DNA from: Candidatus Gottesmanbacteria bacterium
GTDB taxonomy: Bacteria > Patescibacteriota > Microgenomatia > 2-02-FULL-39-11
Direction: 5' to 3'
DNA length: 64,000 nucleotides
NCBI GenBank assembly: GCA_016195685.1
Contig: JACPZE010000010.1
Span: forward strand, 16,751 to 80,750
Shown here: positions 29,616 to 39,567 of the stretch, one piece after another
Numbering within the stretch: the stretch's first letter is position 1
Layout of the letters: every line of letters begins with the position of its first letter
Program-made: the position numbers and the translations under genes
Notes under the pieces: model-generated
The model's input: the letters and a program-made list of their open reading frames with translations, nothing else
What the model was told of the DNA's origin: nothing
The model's database searches: none

Positions 29616-30455
29616 ATGAATAAAAGGGCGATTTTAATAATCGTAATATTCTTAGCAGTATTAGGTTTTGGTGGGTATAAATTATTGGCACTTCGATCCG
29701 GTGGAACTGCAGGTCTTAAAGTAATCGCCACTCCCATTTCAAGTATTTTCTTAAACGATAAACTAATTGGTAAAACTCCATACGATGATAAATATACCAG
29801 CGGAGATTATATTCTTAAACTTATTCCCGAAGGAATTTCCTCACAAACTGTTTCCTGGCAAGGTAAAATTACTTTAAACCCATCAGTCTTGACTTATGTG
29901 AACCGCGAATTAGGTACGAGTGAGCTTACTTCTGCGGGAGAGGTACTTACATTGGAAAAAATATCCCAGACCCAAGCCCAACTTTCTGTTGTATCTCAAC
30001 CAGACGGTGCAACTGTTATTGTAGATGGACAAGAAAAAGGGACGACGCCAATAAGTTCTACAGAAGTAACTGCAGGGGAACACGAAGTAGCAGTATCTTC
30101 ACCTGGATTTACAGCAAGAACAGTTAGGATGTCTGCCGTAGTTGGATATAAACTATTAGTGAACATCCAACTTGCGCTAACTCCTGGTCAAGAAGTTACT
30201 CCTTCTGCAACAACTTCATCTACAACTACATCTTCAGAAAAACAGATAAGTAAACCTTATGTTGTTATTAAAGACACCCCTACCGGTTTTTTACGTGTGA
30301 GAGTTGCTCCGTCTTTGTCTGCTACTGAGGCAGCTCAAGTCAAACCCGGTGAAAAGTATCCTTTTGTAGATGCAAAAGAGGGGTGGTTTCAGATAACCTA
30401 TGATACTGGTAAAAACGGTTGGGTATCTAATAGTTATGCAGAAAAGGTTGAGTAA
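29616..30455 (+). CDS. PEGA domain + bacterial SH3 domain protein
   Basis: G.TP PEGA repeats; TPTGFLRVR...GW..I...GWV SH3b. Confidence 0.85.
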   Translation: MNKRAILIIVIFLAVLGFGGYKLLALRSGGTAGLKVIATPISSIFLNDKLIGKTPYDDKYTSGDYILKLIPEGISSQTVSWQGKITLNPSVLTYVNRELGTSELTSAGEVLTLEKISQTQAQLSVVSQPDGATVIVDGQEKGTTPISSTEVTAGEHEVAVSSPGFTARTVRMSAVVGYKLLVNIQLALTPGQEVTPSATTSSTTTSSEKQISKPYVVIKDTPTGFLRVRVAPSLSATEAAQVKPGEKYPFVDAKEGWFQITYDTGKNGWVSNSYAEKVE

Positions 30456-30456
30456 C

Positions 30457-31539
30457 TTAAAATTCCTCAGCTGATTTTTTTGGTAATTTCCTCAAAAAAT
30501 TTATCCAGATAATAAACATGCATGCGATAATCACTACAAAAAGTACCGCAAATAGTTTTTGCCTGCTGTTAGTTAGAAGCGCGATTATTCCTGCTATTGC
30601 CGAAATCAACCAATAAAAAAAAGCGATTCTTCTTCTACCCCAACCTAAAGATAAAAGGTGGTGATGGAGGTGTCCAGATGTTGCTTGCATTGGTGAACGG
30701 CCACGAAAAATTCTTTTAAGCAGAATAAAAGAAGCATCAACCATAGGTACAGCTAGAACTAACAAAGCTGCACCTAATTTACTAAAAGATAGTATTGATA
30801 GTATTGCTAACATAAACCCTGCCAACGTTTTCCCCCCATACCCGGGCATAATTTTCTGAGGATAAAAGTTCCACAGTAAAAATCCCAAAAATGATCCTGC
30901 CGTAGCAAAAGAAAGAAACGTAACGTATAACTGACGCGGGTCATGCGTAGCATAGCGAAGTGAGAGAAAACCAATTACTGCTGCTGCTATACTGACTATT
31001 CCAGGAAGTTGTCCATCTACTCCACCAGACCAACCAATAATATTTGTAGTCCAAAGAATCCAAAAGAAGCCAATCATATCAGCTAATACCAAGATAGAGT
31101 GCCCCCCCCATAAATTGAAAGGAATTCGCCATAAATCTAGATGAATAATTCCTCCAAAAGGATTGGTGATATAAGGAATTCCTACTCCAAATCCAATCGC
31201 AATAATTGCAGATAAACAGTTAGTTAGAAATCTTAAATAAGGAGACCGATCTTTCCTATCATCCCAAAGGCCGACCAAAACTAAAATCACACTACCCAAG
31301 AAAATACCTACGATTTCTTTTGGAATCGGAAATAGAAAAAGAAACGGAAAAAAAATGCCGAAAAATATAGGCAGACCTCCTGCTCGAGGAATAACAGATT
31401 TATGGGTATGTGCAGGATGAGGTCTAGTTTTAGGATCATCGACGAGTTTAAATTTTAAAGCAATAGAAATTATTCCAGGTGTAATTCCTGAAGTAATCAA
31501 AAAGGAGATGAGAAAAATAAGTAAAATACTTGTGATCAT
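30457..31539 (-). CDS. MraY/WecA-like polyprenyl-phosphate hexosamine-1-phosphate transferase
   Basis: PRAGG, GLWDD, GVDG, WNFYP.KI, HLHH. Confidence 0.88.
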   Translation of the reverse strand: MITSILLIFLISFLITSGITPGIISIALKFKLVDDPKTRPHPAHTHKSVIPRAGGLPIFFGIFFPFLFLFPIPKEIVGIFLGSVILVLVGLWDDRKDRSPYLRFLTNCLSAIIAIGFGVGIPYITNPFGGIIHLDLWRIPFNLWGGHSILVLADMIGFFWILWTTNIIGWSGGVDGQLPGIVSIAAAVIGFLSLRYATHDPRQLYVTFLSFATAGSFLGFLLWNFYPQKIMPGYGGKTLAGFMLAILSILSFSKLGAALLVLAVPMVDASFILLKRIFRGRSPMQATSGHLHHHLLSLGWGRRRIAFFYWLISAIAGIIALLTNSRQKLFAVLFVVIIACMFIIWINFLRKLPKKSAEEF

Positions 31540-31541
31540 AC

Positions 31542-31895
31542 TTAAGTGATCAAGAAAATAATTTTTACAAAAGTAAAAAACAATAATAATGTTGCAGTGG
31601 TGGCCATAACCGTAAGAATAACAGCCGCCAACCTTTCTTTTGTGTATAAAATAAATGCCAGATAATAATTTATCAAAGAAAATATGAATGCGAAAATAGG
31701 AAGAGTGGATATTTTAATTGGTGTACCTAGTTGGTCATTACTTCTAGGAAGTGAGTAAAAAATAGGTATTTGTGAAGGTAATGACGACCATTTAAATATA
31801 AAAAGAATAATAAAAATAACAAAAATCATACCATTGATAAAGGAAAACCTTTTTATTTGTTTATCATTGAAAAATTCTTTCAAGTTAGACTTCAT
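31542..31895 (-). CDS. Small membrane protein (DUF1648-like)
   Basis: LP..IP.FYS motif, 3 TM helices. Confidence 0.65.
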   Translation of the reverse strand: MKSNLKEFFNDKQIKRFSFINGMIFVIFIILFIFKWSSLPSQIPIFYSLPRSNDQLGTPIKISTLPIFAFIFSLINYYLAFILYTKERLAAVILTVMATTATLLLFFTFVKIIFLIT

Positions 31896-31896
31896 T

Positions 31897-33177
31897 TTAT
31901 TTATTTTCTACCAGACTGAAAGTGGCATCATCCCCAACCATAAAAGTTTTTGAAGGGGCATCCGGTAAGTAACTTCTTGATATATTTGGGAAAACTACCG
32001 TAACACCAATATAATTTGGGATGGTTATACCATTAGGGTTATAAACGAAAACTTTATCTTTATTTTTAAAATAATAAGCCGATTCCAAAAAACCTATGGG
32101 TGTTTTGGCGTAGACAAAATCATTATGTGTTGCAATTTTGTTTATTTCAGCAAACGTGGATTTAAAGTCTGTTTTTTTATGGTAAGGAGGAGCAATAAGA
32201 TTAATAACAATTATCAAAATCAGCCAAAAACAAATTGAAAAAGTCTTAAAAATTGTATTTTTTATAGACCAGATAGAAAAACAAATAGCCAATACTTCAA
32301 AAACAGTAACGAATATCATATAGCGATTCACAAAAAGAGGCCGCTTCAGCATAGAATATCCAAGGATTAAAACAAGTGGAAAAAATACAGGAAGGCTAAA
32401 AAGAAGCCCCTCTTTCTTTTTGTGCTTTAAACCGATGATTATATAAATAAAAATTATGACAGAAAGAATTATTGTATATCCCCAATAATTTCCTGGTGTA
32501 CCTTCATAGCTGGTAAAAAGATTTCCAAGTGAAGAGGTAACAGTCTGGAAGTTTACCGGAAAAAGCCATGAATTTTTTGAATTGATGAACTGAACTGCAA
32601 GAATTGGGATCCAAGGCAAAAAATAAATTAAAGGCTTAACGACTAAGAAGAAACTCTTTTTATTTAACTGTTTCGTAAACCATAAGTAGGTTGCAAAAGA
32701 AACGATGATCAGCGGAAAAAAAGAATGAGTATATAAACCCAGGGTAGAAACAACGGTATACCATTTCCAGTTTTTAAAATAAAAGAAGTAAATTGAGGCA
32801 AATGTAAATAACGCATAGAAAGAATACATCCTCATCTCAAAGGCATAATAAAGAAGCATTGGGTTTAAGAGAGTGAAAAGTGCTACAAACCAAGCAAATT
32901 TTTTTGAAAAAACTTTTTCTGAAAAAACATAAGCTATATATACAGTTACTATATGCGCGAAAAATGATAATAGTCTAAGCCCTTCATCTGATTGACCCAC
33001 AATTTTCATCCAAAAATGGAGAAGAAGATAATAAACAGGAGGGTTGAAATCATGGGCAGTATTTATGATAACTTGAACGATATTTGGTTTGGCCATAAAG
33101 TAAGAAAATGCTTCATCTCGCCAAATAGATTGGATAAGATAAAAAATGGGTGTATGATAAAAAATAAAATTAAGCAT
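31897..33177 (-). CDS. GT-C fold membrane glycosyltransferase (PMT/ArnT-like)
   Basis: W.DEA, D..PP.YY.LLH.W, RL.S, E.RMY; multi-TM. Confidence 0.85.
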   Translation of the reverse strand: MLNFIFYHTPIFYLIQSIWRDEAFSYFMAKPNIVQVIINTAHDFNPPVYYLLLHFWMKIVGQSDEGLRLLSFFAHIVTVYIAYVFSEKVFSKKFAWFVALFTLLNPMLLYYAFEMRMYSFYALFTFASIYFFYFKNWKWYTVVSTLGLYTHSFFPLIIVSFATYLWFTKQLNKKSFFLVVKPLIYFLPWIPILAVQFINSKNSWLFPVNFQTVTSSLGNLFTSYEGTPGNYWGYTIILSVIIFIYIIIGLKHKKKEGLLFSLPVFFPLVLILGYSMLKRPLFVNRYMIFVTVFEVLAICFSIWSIKNTIFKTFSICFWLILIIVINLIAPPYHKKTDFKSTFAEINKIATHNDFVYAKTPIGFLESAYYFKNKDKVFVYNPNGITIPNYIGVTVVFPNISRSYLPDAPSKTFMVGDDATFSLVENK

Positions 33178-34658
33178 CAGTTTTTTTCCGTAACTTTATA
33201 TTCAAGCCTTTTTCCCAGTAATAACCGTGTATGCGCATCTAAAGCTGGTAAAGATGAAAGGAAAAAAGAAGTTACCGGGAGAAGTATCCATTGAAATAAG
33301 AGTACTGGCGTTTTAGCAATGGAAAAAGAAGCAGGCCTTTTAGGGTGTGATTTCATATCAATAAATACAAGTACTGCAATAAAAAAGGTAGTAATAGTCA
33401 TAATAACGCCAGATAATCTAGGCAGATTATAACCCAGACTAGTACGGCTGAATACGGGATTTATCAAGGCTGGAATCGATGCTCCTAGTGTCAGTATAAA
33501 AAAAGAGGTAGGCCAGAAAATATGTGTTTCTATGACATAGAATACGCGAAAGAATTTTGGTAAAAAGGGAATATCAGTCGTAAAAAATTTATGTAAGGCA
33601 TAAGGGATATCAGTTATACCCCACGCCCAACGTTTTTCTTGTTCGTAGCGTGAGATAAAAGTTCCCAAAAGTGTTTTGCTTTTTACTGCGTCTCTGGAAA
33701 CAATAAGATATAAAGGGATGGTTTTCACTTTTTCTCCTAAGGTAAAGAATGCCTGGAGAAAGATATGCCAGTCTTCGGGAATGATATCAACATCCCAAAA
33801 GCCAATTTTTTCCAACATTTTAAATGATAGGGAGTAGGTAGAAACTTGGATTAGACTATCAGCTCTTGAGAGTGAAGCGAGTCTTATGATACTGGAGATA
33901 GTCGCTTGTAATCGAATAGGGAGAGGAATTTCCCAAAAATTACTGTATAACAAAACTGGAGCCCAATAAAAATGTAAATAACGGTCAGGATCGGTAAGAA
34001 ATGTATAAGTTAGATAAGAATAATATTTATTCGGGAGAAGTGCATCCGCATCACATGATGTAATAGTAATATAATCTTTATCGATTTTTTTATCATTAAT
34101 GGCTTTAGTTAAAGATTTTGCAGCCCAACTAGAATTACTAGCTTTGCCTTTAATTTCTCCATCTAGATCTGGATGAAAAGTAGCAAAGACATCAGCAAAT
34201 TTCTTTTTAAATTCATTTATAAGTAATTGTGCGCGTATTTTAGCCTCTTTGCCTTCACGTTGCTCCATGGCAAGAACGACCAGGATTCTTTTGGAAGGGA
34301 AATCTTGACTAGCCAAATATTGAAGAGTTTTTCTGACTTTTTCTACACTTTCTTTATAGTTAGGGATGATTATTGCGTGATAAACTTTATCAAAATGCAG
34401 AAGTTTTGATGCTTTTTGGTACCAATCTATTTGGGATAAATGTTTTAACCGAAGGTAAGAAATGGTTGAAAGGATTGCTACAGATATAGATTTATAAAGA
34501 AAATACACATCAAACGTGAGTATAAAATAAGCAACAATTGCAGGATGGAAAAAAGATAGCCAAACAGGTAAAGTTATTATTGCCCAGGTTGTTACCGGAA
34601 TGGTGATTTCTATAAATCTTTTTATCAGCAGGGGATATTTGATAAAAAGGTTTTTCAT
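33177..34658 (-). CDS. GT2-family membrane glycosyltransferase
   Basis: IIP.YKE, GKA.N, CDAD, PEDW, Q..RWAWG. Confidence 0.85.
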   Translation of the reverse strand: MKNLFIKYPLLIKRFIEITIPVTTWAIITLPVWLSFFHPAIVAYFILTFDVYFLYKSISVAILSTISYLRLKHLSQIDWYQKASKLLHFDKVYHAIIIPNYKESVEKVRKTLQYLASQDFPSKRILVVLAMEQREGKEAKIRAQLLINEFKKKFADVFATFHPDLDGEIKGKASNSSWAAKSLTKAINDKKIDKDYITITSCDADALLPNKYYSYLTYTFLTDPDRYLHFYWAPVLLYSNFWEIPLPIRLQATISSIIRLASLSRADSLIQVSTYSLSFKMLEKIGFWDVDIIPEDWHIFLQAFFTLGEKVKTIPLYLIVSRDAVKSKTLLGTFISRYEQEKRWAWGITDIPYALHKFFTTDIPFLPKFFRVFYVIETHIFWPTSFFILTLGASIPALINPVFSRTSLGYNLPRLSGVIMTITTFFIAVLVFIDMKSHPKRPASFSIAKTPVLLFQWILLPVTSFFLSSLPALDAHTRLLLGKRLEYKVTEKN

Positions 34659-34674
34659 TAGATAGCCTATTTTA

Positions 34675-35493
34675 TCATATATAAGGCGTAAGCTTAAATA
34701 ATTCTAGTGCGTTCTTAGTAGTTATACTTCCTAATTCTTGTATTGAAATATTATGAATTTGTGATGTAAACTCAACAGTATGGATCAAATTAGCTGGTTC
34801 ATTGAGTTTTCCGCGCAAGGGTAGAGGAGTCAAAAAAGGAGAATCAGTTTCCAAGAGTAACCGATCAATAGGCGTATATTTGACTAAATCATGGAGATTT
34901 TTATTTTCAGGATAAGTGACATTCCCGTCAAAGCCAACATAAAAGCCTAGATTAAGCACTTTTTCCAGATGTTTTTTTTCTCCGCCAAAACAATGAAAAA
35001 CTGCTTTAATATTTTTTTCCCCTGTTTGAATATAAGATTGAATTAATTCCAATTGATCGTCATGGGCATCACGGCAGTGGAAAATGATTGGTAGATTAAA
35101 TTCTGTCGCAATTTCAATTTGCAGAATTAATAATTCTTTTTGGTGTTTTTTGTTTTCTCTTGAAACCGGTGAATAATCTTTATATACATGGTAATCCAAT
35201 CCAATTTCACCTATTGCTACTGTTTTTTTGTTTTTAATGAATAAATTTAATTCTTCTTCAATATTACTTTCCCCCAAATCTATAAATTCATCTACATGAT
35301 GGGGATGTATTCCTATTGCCGCAAAACAATCGTCATATTTTTGAGAAATTTCAACTGCTTTTCGGCTGGATCCAATCTTCGCTCCTGGGATAATGATTTT
35401 ATCAATCCCGGCCTTTTTGGCTCTATCGATTACTTCTTCCAGATTTTTATTAAAAGCTTTGAAATTAAGATGTGCGTGGGTATCTATAAACAT
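34675..35493 (-). CDS. tatD: TatD family hydrolase
   Basis: IDTHAHL, GIHPH, IGEIGLDY, HCR, HCF, LLETDSP. Confidence 0.93.
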   Translation of the reverse strand: MFIDTHAHLNFKAFNKNLEEVIDRAKKAGIDKIIIPGAKIGSSRKAVEISQKYDDCFAAIGIHPHHVDEFIDLGESNIEEELNLFIKNKKTVAIGEIGLDYHVYKDYSPVSRENKKHQKELLILQIEIATEFNLPIIFHCRDAHDDQLELIQSYIQTGEKNIKAVFHCFGGEKKHLEKVLNLGFYVGFDGNVTYPENKNLHDLVKYTPIDRLLLETDSPFLTPLPLRGKLNEPANLIHTVEFTSQIHNISIQELGSITTKNALELFKLTPYI

Positions 35494-36924
35494 TTACTTA
35501 ATCCTTGGAAATAATGGCGGTTGGGATTTTATATTTGAGTCTGAAAATTGTTTAATAATTTTTTCAGATGTCCCTGGTAGAAATGGTTGGAGGAGGGCAG
35601 CGATTTCAACGATCTGATTAACAAGTGGTTCTAATACTTTCTGCAATTTAACCCCCTTTAATTCCCAGGGTTTTTCGCTATCAATTTCCTTATTGGTAGA
35701 AGTTACTCTAGTCCAGACAAAAGCTAAGGCATCATTGAACCGAAATTCTTCTAAAGCGTTCTTATACTTTGTATAGTTATTAACTATTACTTGATAATCA
35801 GTAGTCAATATATAATATTTATTATTCTCAGCTAGTTTTGCAACGCGTGCAACTAGGTTTCCCAGACCATTTGCCAGATCTGCATTGTAAATTTCCTTCA
35901 TGCGTGAGTGTGAAAAATCTCCGTCCGAAGTTGCCGGAATCTCCTTTAACAGATAATACCTAACTGTATCGACACCATACTGATTTACTAGTTGAATTGG
36001 ATCAATGACATTGCCTAGACTTTTGCTCATTTTTTGTCCTTCTGAAGTGATGAATCCGTGGATGAAAATTTGAGTAGTGTTAGGAAGTCCTGCAGACATC
36101 AACATTGCCTGCCAGATAGCAGACTGTTGTCTTAAATTATCTTTTCCACATGTTTGAACTCCAGGCCAAAATTTTTGGTATTCGATTAATCTAGTTGGCC
36201 ATCCTAAAGTAGAAATATAATAAACTAACGCATCAAACCAAACATACATGACATGATCAGGGTCATTTGGGACGTCTACCCCCCAAGGCATCTTAGATTT
36301 TAAACGTGAGATGCTAAAATCTTCCAAGCTTTTTTTTACAAAAGTTTCAATTTCTTTGAGTCGATAATTAGGTACTACAAAGGCCTTATTTTTTTTATAG
36401 AATTCAAGGAGTTTTTTTTGATAATTCGAAAATCTAAAAAAATAATTTTCCTCCTCATAATTTTCTATTCTTAAATTTGGATGAATTGGACAAACTCCAT
36501 TTTCTAATTCAGAATTTGTTTTTTCCAACTCACAACCATAACAATATTTAATTCTATAATTTTTTTTATAAATATCGTCACTTGCGTAGCAGCGATTCCA
36601 AAATTCCTGTGCTGCTTTTACATGAAATAGATCAGTTGAACGGATAAAATGAGTGCTACTCAAATTTAACAATTTTTTTAATCCTATAAATTTTTTGACT
36701 TTTTCATCGCAATATTCCTGAGGATTTTTATGTTCTTCAAGTGCTTTTTTGTAAATTTTCAAACCATGTTCATCGGATCCATAGCCAAAAGCAACGTCAT
36801 AACCTATCAGTTTTTTAAATCTTGCTATCACATCAGTTTGAATTAATTCCAATGCATAACCAATATGGGGATCTGCATTGACGTAAGACGAAGTGGTAGT
36901 AATATAAAAATTCTTTTTAGTCAT
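35494..36924 (-). CDS. metG: Methionine--tRNA ligase (short form)
   Basis: YVN..PHIG, DEHG.KI, YVWFDAL, GKD, KMSKS, NADLAN.LGNL. Confidence 0.95.
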   Translation of the reverse strand: MTKKNFYITTTSSYVNADPHIGYALELIQTDVIARFKKLIGYDVAFGYGSDEHGLKIYKKALEEHKNPQEYCDEKVKKFIGLKKLLNLSSTHFIRSTDLFHVKAAQEFWNRCYASDDIYKKNYRIKYCYGCELEKTNSELENGVCPIHPNLRIENYEEENYFFRFSNYQKKLLEFYKKNKAFVVPNYRLKEIETFVKKSLEDFSISRLKSKMPWGVDVPNDPDHVMYVWFDALVYYISTLGWPTRLIEYQKFWPGVQTCGKDNLRQQSAIWQAMLMSAGLPNTTQIFIHGFITSEGQKMSKSLGNVIDPIQLVNQYGVDTVRYYLLKEIPATSDGDFSHSRMKEIYNADLANGLGNLVARVAKLAENNKYYILTTDYQVIVNNYTKYKNALEEFRFNDALAFVWTRVTSTNKEIDSEKPWELKGVKLQKVLEPLVNQIVEIAALLQPFLPGTSEKIIKQFSDSNIKSQPPLFPRIK

Positions 36925-37306
36925 GTTCTCTCCAGGATAGCTCTAATTGTATATTATCGGGGTCCCGAAATGCCAATACATATAGCTGGTTCGATAATTT
37001 TTTAATCTCTCCATGTTCTATTTTTTCTTTATCAAAAAATACTATAGCATCTTCCAAATCCTTCTTTGATTTAACTGTAAACGATATATGGTCCATTCCC
37101 GCGTTTTTTTCATCGAATCGGTTTTCTTTCAAAGTGCCCTTATGATCAGTAAGACCTAAATAAAAAAACCCGTTAAAAAACATCACAAAATTTGAATATT
37201 CAGCAACAAGTTTAAATCCAGGCAATTTAGCATAAAATTGCTTAGACTTTTGCAGATTGAAAGCAGTAAATTCTATATGATGAATGCCATCAATTTTAAA
37301 ACTCAT
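36917..37306 (-). CDS. VOC/glyoxalase family protein
   Basis: IHHIE, GMDHISF, FRDPDNIQLE; overlaps metG start. Confidence 0.85.
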   Translation of the reverse strand: MSFKIDGIHHIEFTAFNLQKSKQFYAKLPGFKLVAEYSNFVMFFNGFFYLGLTDHKGTLKENRFDEKNAGMDHISFTVKSKKDLEDAIVFFDKEKIEHGEIKKLSNQLYVLAFRDPDNIQLELSWREHD

Positions 37307-37312
37307 AATTTA

Positions 37313-38068
37313 TTATCTTTTATAGGCTATATCCAAAATATCAGTACTATTGATGTTAAGTAATCGTGATGCATTGTCCAAATTTACTGCTAATTCTAAA
37401 GTATAACTGCTACCGATTATAGCCAAAGGTTTGCCTGCCGGTACATCTGAAAAAGTCTTTACGATAGGCAATTCCAATTGTGAATGCTTATTTTTTATTA
37501 TTAAATTTTTGCCGATAGTAATTTCATTTGGCCAATAAACCTTAATATTTCCAAAATAATCTACATGTAGCACTTGACCGGTTTTAAAAAAAATCCTTTC
37601 CAGTGAGAGGGAATCTATCCTTATACTGCCAAAATCTTCAGGCTTTTTTCCCTGAGCTATATATACTGCTGCTTTTATAAAAATATCTCTGCCATGGAAA
37701 GTAGTGGAGAATTCTTTACTAATTTTATTCTCCCGAATCTGCCAAGTGTTTTCTAAAATTTCTTTTTCAATAGCAGGAGAAAGTAATCCATTGTCAGGTC
37801 CAACAAACCAAAATCTTTTTGTCTTTACAATTATTCCGCGCCTTTGACTTCCCACCCCAGGATCAACCACTCCCAAATGTACTGTTCCTATCGGCGAAAA
37901 CCTGGTAATTAAAGCGATTTGAAAAGCTCCCTCCGTGATAGAAAATGGTGCCACGCTGTGATTCTCTATAACCTCTCCGTGAAAACCCAAACAAGAAACA
38001 ATGGTTTTTAACTGCGCAGCAGCAAATTGATCTCCGAAATCTGTAGTGACAGTAATTAATTTATGCAT
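37313..38068 (-). CDS. SAM hydroxide adenosyltransferase / SAM hydrolase (DUF62, fluorinase-chlorinase family)
   Basis: TTDFG, VVDPGVG..R, FVGPDNGL, S.TFHGRDIF, D.FGN, ELAVN. Confidence 0.92.
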   Translation of the reverse strand: MHKLITVTTDFGDQFAAAQLKTIVSCLGFHGEVIENHSVAPFSITEGAFQIALITRFSPIGTVHLGVVDPGVGSQRRGIIVKTKRFWFVGPDNGLLSPAIEKEILENTWQIRENKISKEFSTTFHGRDIFIKAAVYIAQGKKPEDFGSIRIDSLSLERIFFKTGQVLHVDYFGNIKVYWPNEITIGKNLIIKNKHSQLELPIVKTFSDVPAGKPLAIIGSSYTLELAVNLDNASRLLNINSTDILDIAYKR

Positions 38069-38077
38069 TTTCCCAAG

Positions 38078-38099
38078 AAAAAACCTCCTTACGGAGGTT
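38078..38099 (-). terminator. Intrinsic terminator (attenuator 3:4 hairpin) about 10 nt upstream of DUF62 start
   Basis: Minus strand AACCTCC-GTAA-GGAGGTT-TTTT. Confidence 0.85.
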
Positions 38100-38124
38100 A
38101 GAATTTTTACACAACAAACCTCCG

Positions 38125-38172
38125 CTAGGAAGCGTTCATCATGTCCATCATTACGGAAGTTTGACTTATCAT
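38125..38172 (-). CDS. Met-rich leader peptide MISQTSVMMDMMNAS (putative attenuator uORF)
   Basis: ATG ATA AGT CAA ACT TCC GTA ATG ATG GAC ATG ATG AAC GCT TCC TAG; overlaps alternative hairpins upstream of the metG operon. Confidence 0.8.
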   Translation of the reverse strand: MISQTSVMMDMMNAS

Positions 38173-38180
38173 TAATTCCA

Positions 38181-38208
38181 AATATATCATATTCAATATA
38201 ATTGTCAA
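38181..38208 (-). promoter_or_regulatory. Promoter for leader peptide/DUF62-VOC-metG operon
   Basis: Minus strand TTGACA-16 nt-TATATT with extended TG; 8 nt before the leader ATG. Confidence 0.7.
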
Positions 38209-38215
38209 CCAGACG

Positions 38216-38521
38216 CTAACTTTCTCTAAAATAAATCTCAAATGTGATAAAAATACCAATAAGAAGAATAGTGTTTAAAATATTCTCTAAATGAAATTGT
38301 CGAAACAAAAGATACAGAATAATAATTATTATCCAGACAAGAGTTCTTACGATAGACAAAAAAGATTTCAAGGTGAAAAAAATAGTTAGCGCTAAAAGTA
38401 GATAAAATCCCAAAAATGAAATTATTGATGCAGGTTCGATAATCGCTATATAGCCTATGAAAGTGATCCAGAAAAGTATACGATTAAAAATCGTCTTTCT
38501 ATCTCTTAATCTTCGCCTCAT
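38216..38521 (-). CDS. Small membrane hypothetical protein
   Basis: Basic N-terminus, several TM helices. Confidence 0.65.
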   Translation of the reverse strand: MRRRLRDRKTIFNRILFWITFIGYIAIIEPASIISFLGFYLLLALTIFFTLKSFLSIVRTLVWIIIIILYLLFRQFHLENILNTILLIGIFITFEIYFRES

Positions 38522-38563
38522 AATGTCATTGTAAGATCTAAAGTGCTAGAATGAAAGTGCAAA

Positions 38564-39565
38564 ATGACAGTAGAATTTATTTTAACAGTATTTTTATTTA
38601 TCTTAAGTTTCATTATATTTACTTTTCTTATTCGTAAATGGTTTCAAGAATTGTCTGAAAAACAAAAGCCCTCCGAAGAGTTATTAACAATTATAAAAAT
38701 GTTACAAACGGGTTCAAAGGAAGATAGAAAAGTTCTTCTAGAGACTCTGCAACAAAATACTCAGGCGCTAAATCAGAGATTGGATAACGCGGCAAGGATC
38801 ATTGGCTTAGTACAAAAAAATATTGGCGAGATGAGTGAAATAGGACGAGGGATGAAAGACCTTCAGGATTTTCTCAAAAGTCCGAAACTAAGAGGAAATA
38901 TTGGTGAACAAATTCTAAAAGAACTATTAGGGCAGATGCTACCAAAACAGTCATTCCATCTGCAGTATACTTTTAAATCTGGGGCTATAGTAGATGCGGC
39001 TATAAAAACTGCAAATGGCATTATCCCAATAGATTCTAAATTCCCATTGGAGAATTTCCGCAAGATGATGAGTGTTAAAGATGAAGAGGAAAGAAACTCA
39101 GTCAGTAATGCATTTGAAAAAGACGTAAAAAGACATATAGATGATATATCCAGAAAATATATTTTGACTGAGGAGGGAACAATAGATTATGCCCTCATGT
39201 ATATTCCCAGCGAAGCCGTTTATTATGAAATAGTCAATAACCCTGACCTTTTTGAATATGCTGGGGGAAAACGAGTGCTTCCGGTATCCCCGATGACTTT
39301 TTATGCATACATGAAAGCAATACTTATGTCTTTTGAGGGGCAAAAAATTGAAGAACAAGCAAAACAGATTTTACAGACGATAAGAGCGGTTCAAAAAGAT
39401 TATGTAAAAGTAGAAGATAACCTCGGTGTCTTAGGAAGGCATCTGACAAATGCCTATAACCAGATGAATAATGTTCTTTCGAGTTTTACTCTTTTGGGCC
39501 AAAAGCTATCGTCAACCAAGACATTTGAAGAAAACAAGAAAACCTCAAAACAGTTGGAGATTTAA
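38564..39565 (+). CDS. rmuC: DNA recombination protein RmuC
   Basis: K.RG..GE..L, PIDSKFP, KYI, A.MYIPSEA.Y, VSP.T. Confidence 0.9.
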   Translation: MTVEFILTVFLFILSFIIFTFLIRKWFQELSEKQKPSEELLTIIKMLQTGSKEDRKVLLETLQQNTQALNQRLDNAARIIGLVQKNIGEMSEIGRGMKDLQDFLKSPKLRGNIGEQILKELLGQMLPKQSFHLQYTFKSGAIVDAAIKTANGIIPIDSKFPLENFRKMMSVKDEEERNSVSNAFEKDVKRHIDDISRKYILTEEGTIDYALMYIPSEAVYYEIVNNPDLFEYAGGKRVLPVSPMTFYAYMKAILMSFEGQKIEEQAKQILQTIRAVQKDYVKVEDNLGVLGRHLTNAYNQMNNVLSSFTLLGQKLSSTKTFEENKKTSKQLEI

Positions 39566-39567
39566 TT

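Noticed and set aside
38078-38172. SAM riboswitch or Met T-box ahead of the metG operon
   Set aside because: No SAM-I core (ATC.AGAG...GCAACC...GTGC) and no TGGNACC T-box motif; the uORF model explains the pairings
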